Made by a program: the position numbers and the translations under genes. 64,000 nt of DNA, from assembly GCA_038060895.1 (NCBI GenBank), contig JBBTCT010000002.1, forward strand, positions 1 to 64,000, written 5' to 3'. The notes under the pieces were generated by a model. The model was not told the origin of the DNA. It worked only from the letters and a program-made list of their open reading frames with translations, and ran no database searches. The stretch's first letter is position 1; the number at the start of each line of letters is the position of its first letter. Source of the stretch: Planctomycetota bacterium. Its GTDB lineage: Bacteria; Planctomycetota; MHYJ01; WSZJ01. Shown one piece after another: positions 19,785 to 29,423 of the stretch.

Positions 19785-21614
19785 ATGGACGTGCTGGCCC
19801 GCATCTGGTTTTCGCTCGAGATCCTGCTCGGCATCAACTTCATCATCTTCGTCCACGAGCTCGGACATTTCATGTTCGCAAAGTGGCACGGGGTACGCTG
19901 CCCGGTCTTCTCGATCTGGATGGGGCCGCGGATCTGGGGTGTGAAGCGCGGCGAGACGGACTACCGGATCAGCCTGCTGCCGCTGGGCGGGTACGTGATG
20001 ATGGCGGGAGAGAACCCGGACGAGCGGACGGGTGCGCCGGACGAGCTGACGTCGAAGGGCGTCTTTGCGCGCTTCCAGATTTTCGTCGCCGGCACGGCGA
20101 TGAATTTCATCTGGGCGTTTCCGATCATGATCCTGTCGTTCCTGGTGGGGAAAGAGGTGGCGGCGCCTGTGGTGGGGGACGTGCGGCCGGACACGAGCAC
20201 GTGGGAGAGCGAGCTGCAGGCCGGGGACGAGCTGGTGTCGATCGGGGGGACGCCGGTGCGGGCGTTTGAGGATTACGTGAAGGAGATCGTGCGGCGGCCG
20301 AAGGGGGAGAAGCTGGAAGTGGAGTTCCGGCGCGCCGGGACCGCGATGAAGACGAGCGTGACGGTCGGGACGGCGATGACGATCGGGATGTCGCCGGTTT
20401 CGACGGTGGTGGCGGAGGTGGAGAAGGACAAGGCCGGGGCGAATTCCGGTCTGCGCAAGGGGGACGAGTTCGTGACGATCGACGGGATTCCGGTGTTCGA
20501 CGCGAACGAGATCTCGGACCTGATCGACCGGAACGCAGGCAAGGGCCTCGCGGTGGTCGTGCGCGACAAGGCCGGCGCGAGCCGCAACCTGACGATCACG
20601 CCCGCGCTGGGCGAGGAGAAATGGGTCCTCGGGATCGGGCGGGAGACGACGCCGGCGGTGATCGGCGTGGTCCGCCCGAATTCGCCGGGCGCGAAGGCGG
20701 GGCTCAAAGCCGGGGATGAAATCGCCACGATCGCGGGCGAGGCCGTGACCAGCTTCGGCGTGCTGACGCAGATCGTGCGGCCCCGCGGCGGCCAGACGGT
20801 GACGGTGACCTGGAAGCGCGGCACGGAGGCGATGTCCGCGGAGATCCTCATCGGGAGCCAGGGTGGCCGCGGCTTCCTCGGCGTCATGCCCGAGCCCTCG
20901 AACCGGCTCGCAATCGTTCCGGCGGACTCGTCGCTCGCCAGGGCGGGCCTCCAGCCCGGCGACCGCGTCCTCACGGTGAACGGCAAGGAACTCAAGATCG
21001 TCGCCATTCCCTCGGCGGACGACCGCAAGCGCGCGGTGAAGAGCGAGATCTACCTCAGCCTCGACCAGGTCGAAATGGAAGCGCGGGCCGGCAAGGGCGA
21101 GCCGTTCAAATTCTCCGTGAAGCGCGGCGACCAGTCGCTCGCGGTGGACGTGACGCCCCTCAAGAAGGCCGACGGCGACCTGAGCATCCGGCTCCAGCAC
21201 AAGACCATCATGCTGCGCTCGGGCTTCGGCGAGGCGATCCAGCGCGGTTCTGCCGAGGCGATCGACGTCTTCGTCCTGACCGGGCAGATGCTGAGGAAAC
21301 TGGTCGTGAGGGAAGAAGAAGCCTCGAACCTGTCCGGCCCTGTCGGCATCGTCTCGGCCGCCTACAAGAGCGCCACCGAGGGATTCGGCAACCTCCTCTG
21401 GCTCCTCGGCATGATCAGCATGAACCTCGCCGTGATCAATCTGCTCCCCATCCCCGTCCTCGACGGCGGCCACATCTTCTTTCTTCTCATCGAAAAGGTC
21501 CGTGGGAAGCCGGTGCCCCCGAGGGTCCAGGGCTACGCCGCCGCCGGAGGCGCCCTCCTCCTCCTGTCCCTGATGCTCTTCGTCACCTGGCACGACATCG
21601 CGAGGATGTTTTAA
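19785..21614 (+). CDS. rseP: RIP metalloprotease RseP with multiple PDZ domains
   Basis: HELGH, LLPLGGYV and NLLPIPVLDGGH; four PDZ-like repeats (GL..GD.I..I.G); follows dxr. Confidence 0.95.
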   Translation: MDVLARIWFSLEILLGINFIIFVHELGHFMFAKWHGVRCPVFSIWMGPRIWGVKRGETDYRISLLPLGGYVMMAGENPDERTGAPDELTSKGVFARFQIFVAGTAMNFIWAFPIMILSFLVGKEVAAPVVGDVRPDTSTWESELQAGDELVSIGGTPVRAFEDYVKEIVRRPKGEKLEVEFRRAGTAMKTSVTVGTAMTIGMSPVSTVVAEVEKDKAGANSGLRKGDEFVTIDGIPVFDANEISDLIDRNAGKGLAVVVRDKAGASRNLTITPALGEEKWVLGIGRETTPAVIGVVRPNSPGAKAGLKAGDEIATIAGEAVTSFGVLTQIVRPRGGQTVTVTWKRGTEAMSAEILIGSQGGRGFLGVMPEPSNRLAIVPADSSLARAGLQPGDRVLTVNGKELKIVAIPSADDRKRAVKSEIYLSLDQVEMEARAGKGEPFKFSVKRGDQSLAVDVTPLKKADGDLSIRLQHKTIMLRSGFGEAIQRGSAEAIDVFVLTGQMLRKLVVREEEASNLSGPVGIVSAAYKSATEGFGNLLWLLGMISMNLAVINLLPIPVLDGGHIFFLLIEKVRGKPVPPRVQGYAAAGGALLLLSLMLFVTWHDIARMF

Positions 21615-21776
21615 GCAGCTCCAGGTTGATTCTGTGCCATTCAGCCGCCGCGAATTTCGGCGTCCTGCAAGGAGGAGACCGGAACTGGAGCGGAACGGAG
21701 CTCCAGCGAGGATCGACGACGACGCAGGACGCCGAAAGGTGCGCGGATGGATGGCACAGAATCAACGTGGAGCTAC
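21615..21776. mobile_element. MITE-like palindromic element family A, long copy
   Basis: About 26-bp terminal inverted repeats (consensus GTAGCTCCACGTTGATTCTGTGCCAT), internal hairpins, flanked by TTAA on both sides. Confidence 0.8.
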
Positions 21777-21779
21777 TTA

Positions 21780-22055
21780 ATGAGCGGCGAGGCGTTCCAG
21801 GCGTTCGTCGGCGTCGACGTCGTAGTCGACACGACTTCGAGCTACGTCTTCATCGGCCGGCTGAAGGAAGTCACGGCGCTCGCGATGACGCTCAGCGAAG
21901 TCGACGTGCACGACCGCGCGGAGACCTCCTCGACGAAGGAGCGCTACATCATGGAAGCGAAGAAGTTCGGGATCAAGTCGAACCGGAAGGCGGTGACGGT
22001 GAGGCTGGAGACGGTGTTGTGCGTTTCGAAGCTTGAAGATGTGATCGAGTACTAG
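21780..22055 (+). CDS. Small hypothetical protein, Sm/LSM-like fold possible
   Basis: 'FVGVDVVVDT..SYVFIGRL......MTLSEVD' beta pattern. The ORF-track extension upstream comes from the repeat element. Confidence 0.7.
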   Translation: MSGEAFQAFVGVDVVVDTTSSYVFIGRLKEVTALAMTLSEVDVHDRAETSSTKERYIMEAKKFGIKSNRKAVTVRLETVLCVSKLEDVIEY

Positions 22056-22170
22056 TCCTTATCCGCGGCTGTTTCCGCGAGATCCGCCTTTATCCGCGTA
22101 TTCCTTTCTCTGCCGAAAAACTGCATACGCGGATGCAGGCGAATTTCGCGGAAACAGCCGCGGATAAAAC
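22055..22170. repeat. Palindromic intergenic element family B, copy 2
   Basis: TTATCCGCGGCTGTTTCCGCGA...TCGCGGAAACAGCCGCGGATAA long inverted repeat. Confidence 0.85.
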
Positions 22171-22184
22171 GACTCCCTCCACCA

Positions 22185-23060
22185 ATGCCCCCCCCAAACC
22201 GCCTCCTCGCCCTCGCCCGCCTCCTCCGCGTCCAGAACGTCTTCACCGCGGCCGCGGACGCGTTCGCCGGCTACGGCTGCACGGGCACCTGGGACTGGAA
22301 GGGCGCCTGCGTCGCCGCCGCAGCGTCCGCGTGTCTGTATTCCGGCGGCCTCGTCCTCAATGACGTGTGCGACGCCGACCGCGACCGGACGCTTCACCCG
22401 AACCGCCCGATTCCGTCCGGCGCCGTCCCGCGAGGGTTCGCGCTCGCCCTTGCCGCGGTTCTTCTTGGCACGGGCATCCTGGTCGCCGCCTGGATCGGGC
22501 CGCGCGCCGCCGCGATCGCGGCCCAGATCGCGCTTCTTGCCGTCGCGTACGACGCCTTCCTGAAGCGCTGGCGGATTCCCGGGGCGCTGGCCATGGGAAG
22601 CGCGCGCGGCCTGAACGTCGCGCTGGGCATGGCCGCCGGAGGCGCGATGTTCCAGAGTCCCCACGTGTTCCTCGCCCCCGCCGGGAACGCCGTGTTCATC
22701 TTCCTGGTGACCCTGCTCAGCACCTTCGAAGAAGGCCGGCGCACGCGCGGCGCTGTCACGGGGCTCGTGATCCTCGCCGTGGCGGCGCTGCTCGCCCCGC
22801 TCGCCTGGCTGCGGCTCACTCTTCGCGCAGCCGTCCCCCTCGGAGCCGCGGCCGCCATCCTCCTGCTCGTCGGCCTGCGCGCCGCGCAGAAGGACCCGGA
22901 ACGCTTCCTCCCCATCGTCGTCCGCACCGGCGTGCGAAGCCTGATCCCGCTCGACGCCGCGCTCCTGCTGGGCACGCTCGACGATCCTGCTCCAGGGCTT
23001 GCCGTCCTCGCCTTCCTGTTTCCCACCTGGGGACTGGGTGCGTTTCTGGCGGGAAGCTAA
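22185..23060 (+). CDS. UbiA family prenyltransferase (EboC-like)
   Basis: NDVCDADRD....PNRPIPSG, YDAFLK and 'MGSARGLNV'; multiple TM segments. Confidence 0.9.
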   Translation: MPPPNRLLALARLLRVQNVFTAAADAFAGYGCTGTWDWKGACVAAAASACLYSGGLVLNDVCDADRDRTLHPNRPIPSGAVPRGFALALAAVLLGTGILVAAWIGPRAAAIAAQIALLAVAYDAFLKRWRIPGALAMGSARGLNVALGMAAGGAMFQSPHVFLAPAGNAVFIFLVTLLSTFEEGRRTRGAVTGLVILAVAALLAPLAWLRLTLRAAVPLGAAAAILLLVGLRAAQKDPERFLPIVVRTGVRSLIPLDAALLLGTLDDPAPGLAVLAFLFPTWGLGAFLAGS

Positions 23061-23146
23061 GTAACTCCACGTTGATTCTGTGCCATCCATCCGCGGGCCG
23101 CCGAAATTCGCGGCGGCTGAATGGCACAGAATCAACGTGGAGCTAC
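23061..23146. mobile_element. MITE-like family A, short copy (inverted relative to 21615 copy)
   Basis: Same TIRs with the interior deleted. Starts right after the UbiA TAA and supplies the MFS stop codon. Confidence 0.8.
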
Positions 23147-24463
23147 CTGAACGGCCGCCGCTTCCGGCTTGCGCTCCCGGGCTTTCGTCGTCGATGCTTC
23201 GTCAAGCCGCCGGTGGAGCCGCGCCATGGCGACGGAAGCGAGGCCGAAGAGGAGCGCGGCCAGGATGTAGACGGTGGGGATGCCGTAACCGGTCAGGCCG
23301 ATGCGGGGGTGGTCCATCGCGAGGACGATGACGGAACCGATGGCGGGGCCGAAGAGCCCGCGGATGCCGACGCAGGCGACGTGGGCGCCCATGTAGGCGG
23401 AGGCGTCGCGTTCGCCGGCGAAGCGCATGGCGCCGAGGGACCAGGCGGCGTTGACGCCGGCCATGCCGAGGCCGAAGAAGGCGAAGCCGGCGAAGGCGAG
23501 GAACGTGGAATGGAACACCGCCGCGGCCGCGAGCGTGGCCGCGTAGAACACGAGGGCCGCGAACGAGAACGACGCCAGGCGCGTCGCGCCGATCCGATCC
23601 ATCAGGCGGCCTGAGAAGCGCGACGCCACGCCGATGAGGATCTGCACGAGGACGAGCTGACACGCGGTGTACGTCCAGTAGTCCATGCGCAACTCGTCCA
23701 CGAGCAGGAACACGTGCACGGGCTGAACGATCATGAACGCCATGCCGTAAAACATGAAGTTGCGCTCGAACCGGTCGAAGTCGCGGTCGTTGCGCAGGAT
23801 TCTGAAGAACTCGCGCACGGCGCCCACGGCGGCGGCCTTTGGGACGGCTGCCGCGGGCGTTTCGCGACGCCGGATCCGGATCGCCGCGTACTGGAAGTAG
23901 GCTAGCGTCCCGATCACTCCCGCGGCCGGGAACATCCACAGGTACGAGTCAGGCCGCCACTTCAGCATCAACCCCCCGCCGATCGCCGCCGCCAGAAACG
24001 CCAGCTTAGACAGCCCCGTAATGGCTCCGAACACGCGGCCGCGGATCGAATGGTCGTAGTTCGCCTGGAGAAGCGCGTTCTGGGCGGGGATGAACAGCGG
24101 TTCGGACAGCGCGTAGAGAACGCACAGCGCGATGAAAAGCGGCGGCGACGTGGCGAACGCCATGAGCAGAAGCGTGGCGCGCCCGACCAGCGCCGACGCG
24201 ATGATGAATGGGCGCTTCGGACGGCCTTCCATCACGTGCGACCAGAAGATGGCGGTCAGGTTCGAGGCGGCGCCGGCGGTCACCAGGATCGTGATCCCGA
24301 TTTCTCCCGTGCCGAGGCCTTTCCGCGCGACGACCCCGGCCAGCCCGATGATGGCCGCGAAGACGTTATTGAGCAGCTCGGCGCGGAGGTGGAGAGTCCG
24401 GGTGTAGCGCGCGACTATCGGGAGCTCCGCGCGATCGGCGGGCGGAGCAGAGGCTGGCGTCAT
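23132..24463 (-). CDS. MFS transporter
   Basis: About 12 hydrophobic segments and 'GRLMDRIG' motif; ATG 24463 with TACAAT upstream. Confidence 0.9.
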   Translation of the reverse strand: MTPASAPPADRAELPIVARYTRTLHLRAELLNNVFAAIIGLAGVVARKGLGTGEIGITILVTAGAASNLTAIFWSHVMEGRPKRPFIIASALVGRATLLLMAFATSPPLFIALCVLYALSEPLFIPAQNALLQANYDHSIRGRVFGAITGLSKLAFLAAAIGGGLMLKWRPDSYLWMFPAAGVIGTLAYFQYAAIRIRRRETPAAAVPKAAAVGAVREFFRILRNDRDFDRFERNFMFYGMAFMIVQPVHVFLLVDELRMDYWTYTACQLVLVQILIGVASRFSGRLMDRIGATRLASFSFAALVFYAATLAAAAVFHSTFLAFAGFAFFGLGMAGVNAAWSLGAMRFAGERDASAYMGAHVACVGIRGLFGPAIGSVIVLAMDHPRIGLTGYGIPTVYILAALLFGLASVAMARLHRRLDEASTTKARERKPEAAAVQVAPR

Positions 24464-24606
24464 GGGGGCGCGGATTGTACTCCCTGAGCCCGAGCAAAAA
24501 TTCTGCGAGGCAAGCTGCGTCGGCCCAGTGATGGTTTGAGATTGGCTTTCCTTTTGAGGGCCGCCTCCGCCCGCCTCGCAGAATTCTTGCTCGGCCTCCC
24601 TGAAGC

Positions 24607-24703
24607 AAATCCCAACTCCAACCCCAACTCCAACTCCAACCCAAAACCCCACCCGGAACTCTGAACCCGGAACACAACCTCCGGAACTCCAAACTCCCAA
24701 CTC
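24607..24703. repeat. Short-unit (CCAACT/GGAACTC) tandem repeat tract, family C
   Basis: AAATCCCAACTCCAACCCCAACTCCAACTCCAACC...; related tracts at 37951-38027 and 57668-57696. Confidence 0.8.
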
Positions 24704-24776
24704 ATGATCATCTAGTTCTTGACCTGCCCCCCCGCTCCCGGCGCACCATACGGGCGATCGACATGGAGGAACGCGC

Positions 24777-25532
24777 ATGAAGGCCACGATCGTTCTTGCG
24801 GACGGCGGCGAAGGCGACCGCAAGATGTTCATGGAAGCCATCAAAGGGACGCCGTACGAGGTGGTGGGCGAGGCGGCGCACGGCGACGGGATGATCGAAG
24901 CGGTCGAGTTGCTCAAGCCGTGGTGCGTCGCGATCGACCTCAAGCTTCCCGGGCATGCGGCCAAGCCGGGCGACGGCGGTTCCAACGCGGTCCGCCACCT
25001 GGTGGACAAGTACCCGAAGGTCAAGGTGCTCATCCTCCACAACGCCGACACCGTGCACCTTGTCATGGGGGCCGTGCACTCAAGCCACGGCGTCCGCGTC
25101 CGCAAGCCGATCAAGCGCGAGTCCCTTCTTGAAGCCCTCACCAAGCTCGCTTCCGGCCAGGAAGGCGAGCTCGGCATCAAGCAGATCGGCGTGAAGCTGA
25201 AGAAGACGATGCTGATGACTTACAAGCTGACCTCGGACGGATTTTTCACCAAGAAACGCGAGTGCCTTACCGTCGAAGTCGGCGACGCGGGCTTCCAGGT
25301 CCAGCTCCAGGAGAAACTCGCCAAGGGATCCGTGCTCGTGGTCGAACTCGATCTTCCCAACGAGCAGCCCGTCAAGGCGAAGTGCCAGGTGACGAAAATT
25401 GACCCCGAGCCGACGACGACGCGCTTCAACGCCGAGTTGAGTTTCGTGGAGATCGCGCAGCCGGAACGGGACCGGCTGAAGGGGTTCCTGCGGCGGCTGA
25501 TGGAGCGCGGGACCGGCATCATCAAGGCTTGA
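24777..25532 (+). CDS. Receiver domain + degenerate PilZ-like domain protein
   Basis: VLAD...EVVGEA..G...IDLKLPG...RKPI receiver pattern; PilZ-like beta-barrel C-terminus ending 'ERDRLKGFL'. Confidence 0.75.
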   Translation: MKATIVLADGGEGDRKMFMEAIKGTPYEVVGEAAHGDGMIEAVELLKPWCVAIDLKLPGHAAKPGDGGSNAVRHLVDKYPKVKVLILHNADTVHLVMGAVHSSHGVRVRKPIKRESLLEALTKLASGQEGELGIKQIGVKLKKTMLMTYKLTSDGFFTKKRECLTVEVGDAGFQVQLQEKLAKGSVLVVELDLPNEQPVKAKCQVTKIDPEPTTTRFNAELSFVEIAQPERDRLKGFLRRLMERGTGIIKA

Positions 25533-26037
25533 AGGTGCGCGCGGACGTTCGGTCAATCCAGGCCAGGAAGGCGCGCCCGGCGGCGGCGTGGATCGGGAGC
25601 TGCGTCCAGCGGTAGAGCAGCATTGCGAGGCGCGGGCGGAAGCCGCGGAGTTCGACGCGGATGCGGCCTCCTTTCCGGACGAAGGACAGCGTGCCGCCGT
25701 GACGCGAAAAAAGGGCGTTGCCGATCGTGAGGGACTCGCGCCCTTCCTCGCGCCGGAGGGCGCCGAAGCGGATGAGGGGGACGAAGAGAAAGCGCACCGA
25801 GGCGGCGTGTTCGGAGAACGTCGTCTGCACTGCCAGGTATCCGCCGAGGCGCGCGAGGCGACGGAAATAAAGGGCGGCCAGCTCTTCGGGAGGGTTCGCG
25901 CAGGGTCCCTCCTGGATCGACACGACCGCGCCGCCGTGGATTTCCGTGTGGTTCGTGGTCGCGCCGCGCCGCAGCCAGGGCGCCGCCGTCCAGAGGAACC
26001 ACAGCGCGAGCGCACCGGCGCCGATCGGCCACGGCAC
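25522..26037 (-). CDS. Hypothetical membrane-anchored protein
   Basis: 171 aa ORF with an N-terminal hydrophobic segment, starting 3 nt after the upstream stop. Confidence 0.6.
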   Translation of the reverse strand: MPWPIGAGALALWFLWTAAPWLRRGATTNHTEIHGGAVVSIQEGPCANPPEELAALYFRRLARLGGYLAVQTTFSEHAASVRFLFVPLIRFGALRREEGRESLTIGNALFSRHGGTLSFVRKGGRIRVELRGFRPRLAMLLYRWTQLPIHAAAGRAFLAWIDRTSARTFKP

Positions 26038-26040
26038 GGG

Positions 26041-27087
26041 CTACTTCGTCCAGCCCTTCACGGTCTCGGTGACATCGGTGGACTCCGCCGACTCCAGGTC
26101 CACTCTCTCGAATCGCCGGGTCTCCGTTTCCCCGAGCGGCACGAGGGCACGTCCATTCCCGAGCCACGCCGGGACCAGGGGCCCGCTCTTCTCGTACGCC
26201 GACTTGTCCTTGAGCATCCTCACGGTCTTGCCGGTTGCGTCGGCAAGGTCGAGGTGCGCTTTAATGTCGCCGCCGCCCTCAGGCCGCTCGACGACCAGCG
26301 ACAGCATCCGCTTCCGGTCCGGCGACAGCGTGAACCAGGCGATTTCCGAAGTGCCGAGCTGCTCGACGGCGCCTGTGGATTTGGAAGCGCGGAAGAGACC
26401 GAAGCGCATGGACTTGAACGGATCGCCCTGGGGGGCGGCGGGAAGCTTCGCGATCGCGGAGGTAAAAAGGACCTCGTCCTCGGAGAGCGCTTCTACGAAC
26501 GCCATCTCCGCCACGTGGGCGAGGACGACCGGGTTTTCGCCGTCAGTCCAGCGGACGAGGCGGCCGAAGTGCGTTTCTCCTTCGGACTGGAGGCCGTAGA
26601 GCTGGACGGCGAAGAGGGCGTCGCCGGAGGGTGTCCAGCCATAAGCGGGGGACGAATCCTCCAGGGCCGTGAACGTCTCGCCGGTCTTCACGTTGTAGAT
26701 GCGCAGCAGGCCGGCCATCGGCCCGTCCTTCCGCGACTTCTCCACGAACGCCAGGCGGTTCGAATCCGGGGACCACGCGTTGTAGAGGAACTCACCGGCG
26801 TTCGCGGCAATCTTCTTCTGTGTTTTCGTGGCGCGGTCGATGAGCCAGATTTCGTCGCTCTTTTCCGTGTTGTAGACGACCCACTTTCCGTCGGGCGAGA
26901 TCTCGACGATGGCCGGTTGCTCCGCCGATTCGTACTTCTCCAGCGCCTTCAGGTCGGCATCCGCTACGACGACCGTCTTGCCGCAGTAACCGGCCAGGAG
27001 TTTTCCATCGGGAGTGGCGGTCCAGTGATGGACGAGGCAGCCGGGGCAGACCGCGAGGGCGAACAGCAGGAACGCGAAGCGACGCAT
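26041..27087 (-). CDS. TolB-like beta-propeller lipoprotein
   Basis: Lipobox-like CPGC and repeated (W/I)SPDG motifs; GGAG RBS. Confidence 0.8.
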   Translation of the reverse strand: MRRFAFLLFALAVCPGCLVHHWTATPDGKLLAGYCGKTVVVADADLKALEKYESAEQPAIVEISPDGKWVVYNTEKSDEIWLIDRATKTQKKIAANAGEFLYNAWSPDSNRLAFVEKSRKDGPMAGLLRIYNVKTGETFTALEDSSPAYGWTPSGDALFAVQLYGLQSEGETHFGRLVRWTDGENPVVLAHVAEMAFVEALSEDEVLFTSAIAKLPAAPQGDPFKSMRFGLFRASKSTGAVEQLGTSEIAWFTLSPDRKRMLSLVVERPEGGGDIKAHLDLADATGKTVRMLKDKSAYEKSGPLVPAWLGNGRALVPLGETETRRFERVDLESAESTDVTETVKGWTK

Positions 27088-27118
27088 GGCAGGAGCCTCC
27101 AGGAGATGGGTCGCGACT

Positions 27119-27742
27119 CTACCGGGAACTCGACCCCGGGCCGGGCGGAATTCCCGGATAGCCGACCCGGCCGCCGGCCTTGCGAGCAATCTCGGCGCGG
27201 CGCGCCGCTTCTTCGGCGGAAAAACCAAGCTGGCGCAGCATCTCCGCTTCGGAGACCGCCCAGTCGTCGTCCATCACCGCCGCGATCCAGGCGCGTGGAG
27301 TCCGGACTTCTTCGGACGAAGCGACGACAACCCATTCGCCGGACGGAAGGCGCAAGCCGACCTCGGCGCGCCACGAAGCGTCCGGCTCGACCGTGAAGTA
27401 ATGCGTTCCCAGCGGATGCGACGCCACGATTTCCGCGACGGGCGTGCTTCCATGGAAAAGACGCACCCGCCACTTCCCCGTCGCGAACACCCCGGGGCCG
27501 TACCGCTCGGGGACCCACTTCGCGTGCGGCCCGGTCAACTCCCAGTACGCGAACGCGCACCAGGGGTCGCGGACCATCAGCCGGAGGCGATCCTGTGCGT
27601 ACTCGTCCGGCACCGGCGGACCCCAGTCGAGCCAGACGCCGCCGGGCTGGGGAACGGGCTCGAGCCGGCGCTCCTCGTGAGCGGGTTCGAGGGAGGTGGG
27701 CAGAGTGAAGTGCGGCTCGGGGGAGGGGGACACGGGAGGCAT
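27119..27742 (-). CDS. DUF4912 domain protein
   Basis: 'P..Y.QDRLRLMVRDPW.AFAYWE...AEVG......W...ASSEEVRTPR'; lies in the glycogen cluster. Confidence 0.85.
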   Translation of the reverse strand: MPPVSPSPEPHFTLPTSLEPAHEERRLEPVPQPGGVWLDWGPPVPDEYAQDRLRLMVRDPWCAFAYWELTGPHAKWVPERYGPGVFATGKWRVRLFHGSTPVAEIVASHPLGTHYFTVEPDASWRAEVGLRLPSGEWVVVASSEEVRTPRAWIAAVMDDDWAVSEAEMLRQLGFSAEEAARRAEIARKAGGRVGYPGIPPGPGSSSR

Positions 27743-27759
27743 CGTATGGGGAAAAGGAG

Positions 27760-27881
27760 AACTTCAACTTTCAATTTTCAAGCAAACTGAGAACTACAAA
27801 CGGCGACCTCAATCGCACGGGGGTGTCCTTGAAGTTGCCGTTTGTAGTTCTCAGTTCGCTTGAAAATTGAAAGTTGAAGTT
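27760..27881. repeat. AT-rich inverted repeat element, family D
   Basis: AACTTCAACTTTCAATTTTCAAGC.AACTGAGAACTACAAACGGC ... reverse complement arm; related sequence at 54256-54399 and a half copy at 30494-30537. Confidence 0.85.
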
Positions 27882-27894
27882 CGCCGTTTCTCCG

Positions 27895-29325
27895 TCAAGG
27901 CCGTGGATTGACCATCACCTTCTCATAAAGCGCCGCGTATTCCTTCGCGCTCCGTCCCCACGACCAGTCCAGCTTCATCGCCGCCTGCATCATCACTCCC
28001 CACTTTTCAGGGCTCCGCCACGCCTCGATCGCCCGCCGGACCCCCCGCACCACCCCCGCCATCGCCGCTTCCTCGAACACGAACCCCGTCGCCCCGTCCT
28101 CGACCGAATCCGCGAGCCCGCCGGTGCGCCGCACGACCGGGAGCGTCCCATAGAGCTGCGCGTACATCTGCGACAGGCCGCAGGGCTCCCAGCGGGAGGG
28201 CATGAGAAGCGCGTCGGCGCCCGCGGTGATCTCGTGCGCGAGCCGGTCGTCGAAGCCGATCTGCACGGCGACCTGGCGCGGCCAGCGCTGGGCCGAGGCG
28301 ACGATCGCGCGCTGGAGTGTGTCATCGCCCTGCCCGAGGATCACGACCTGCGCTTCCATCGCCACGATTTCCGCGAGCGACTCGACGAGCAGGTCGATCC
28401 CTTTCTGGGCGACGAGGCGGGACACGACGCCGAAGAGCGGCGCGGGAGATTCCGGGAGCCCGCGGCGGCGCCGAAGGTGCGCGCGGCAGGCGGCTTTGCC
28501 CTTGAGGTCCGCGGCGGTGAAGCGCGCCGGGATGAGCTTGTCCTTCGCGGGATTCCACTCTTCCGTGTCCACGCCGTTCAGGATGCCGGACACGTTTGCT
28601 CCTCGGTCTTTCAGGACGCCTTCCAGCCCGCACCCCAGCTCGCGCGACTGGATTTCGCGCGCGTATTGCGGGGAAACCGTCGTGATCCGGTCGGCGAAGA
28701 CGAGCCCGCCCTTCATGAAGTTGATCGATCCCCAGAACTCGAGGTGTTTCCAGTTGAAGAGCGACCAGTCGAGGGCGGCGACGTGCATGAAGTGGGATGG
28801 GAAGACGCCCTGGTAGGCGAGGTTGTGGATGGTGAACAGGGTGCGGATGCGCGAAAGCGCGGCGTTCTGTGCGTGCGTGGTCTTGAGGTAGACGGGGATC
28901 AGCGCGGCCTGCCAGTCGTGGGCGTGGATGACATCGACGGGGAGCTGGAGGGCCGTGACGGTCTGGAGTACGGCACGGCAGAAGAGCGAGAAGCGTTCCG
29001 CGTTGTCCGGGTAGTCGCCCATCCCGCCCCCGTAGAGTCCTTCACGATCGAAGAGCTCGTTCTGCTCGACGAAGAAGAACTCCCCGTCCGGGATGTCGGT
29101 GCGCCAGACGCGCACCCGGCGGTTCGTTTCGCCGCACTTGACGTCGAATTCGCACGCGACCTTCATGGACCGGCGCGCGTCGCGCACCTTGCGGTAGAGC
29201 GGCATGATCGCCGCGACGCGGTGGCCCAGCTTCTCGAGCGGTTTTGCGATTCCGCCGACGACGTCGCCGAGTCCGCCGGTCTTGGCGAACGGCGCGATTT
29301 CAGAAGAGGCGTGGAGGATGAACAT
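27895..29325 (-). CDS. glgA: Glycogen synthase
   Basis: KTGGLGDV, HAHDWQ, TIHNLAYQG, PSRWEPCGLSQM. Confidence 0.97.
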   Translation of the reverse strand: MFILHASSEIAPFAKTGGLGDVVGGIAKPLEKLGHRVAAIMPLYRKVRDARRSMKVACEFDVKCGETNRRVRVWRTDIPDGEFFFVEQNELFDREGLYGGGMGDYPDNAERFSLFCRAVLQTVTALQLPVDVIHAHDWQAALIPVYLKTTHAQNAALSRIRTLFTIHNLAYQGVFPSHFMHVAALDWSLFNWKHLEFWGSINFMKGGLVFADRITTVSPQYAREIQSRELGCGLEGVLKDRGANVSGILNGVDTEEWNPAKDKLIPARFTAADLKGKAACRAHLRRRRGLPESPAPLFGVVSRLVAQKGIDLLVESLAEIVAMEAQVVILGQGDDTLQRAIVASAQRWPRQVAVQIGFDDRLAHEITAGADALLMPSRWEPCGLSQMYAQLYGTLPVVRRTGGLADSVEDGATGFVFEEAAMAGVVRGVRRAIEAWRSPEKWGVMMQAAMKLDWSWGRSAKEYAALYEKVMVNPRP

Positions 29326-29328
29326 GCG

Positions 29329-29398
29329 GGTCGAAAGTCGAAGGTCCAAGGTTGAAGGCATCCTGAACCTTCGACCTTCGACCTTAGACCTTAGACCC
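29329..29398. repeat. Heptamer (ACCTTCG) inverted tandem repeat
   Basis: GTCGAAAGTCGAAGGTCCAAGGTTGAAGG...ACCTTCGACCTTCGACCTTAGACCTTAGACC. Confidence 0.8.
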
Positions 29399-29423
29399 CC
29401 GTGTTCGCGCGCCGACGTCCGTC

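Noticed and set aside
21626-22036. ORFs beginning 'MILCHSAA..' or containing 'GTESTWSYL' (21626, 22059, 23080, 45577, 46503)
   Set aside because: These are translations of the family A repeat termini, not a protein family.
24607-24703. Short repeats as CRISPR arrays (also 10070-10111 and the 120-bp TPR periodicity)
   Set aside because: No constant repeat with unique spacers and no cas genes. They are degenerate microsatellite-like or coding repeats.
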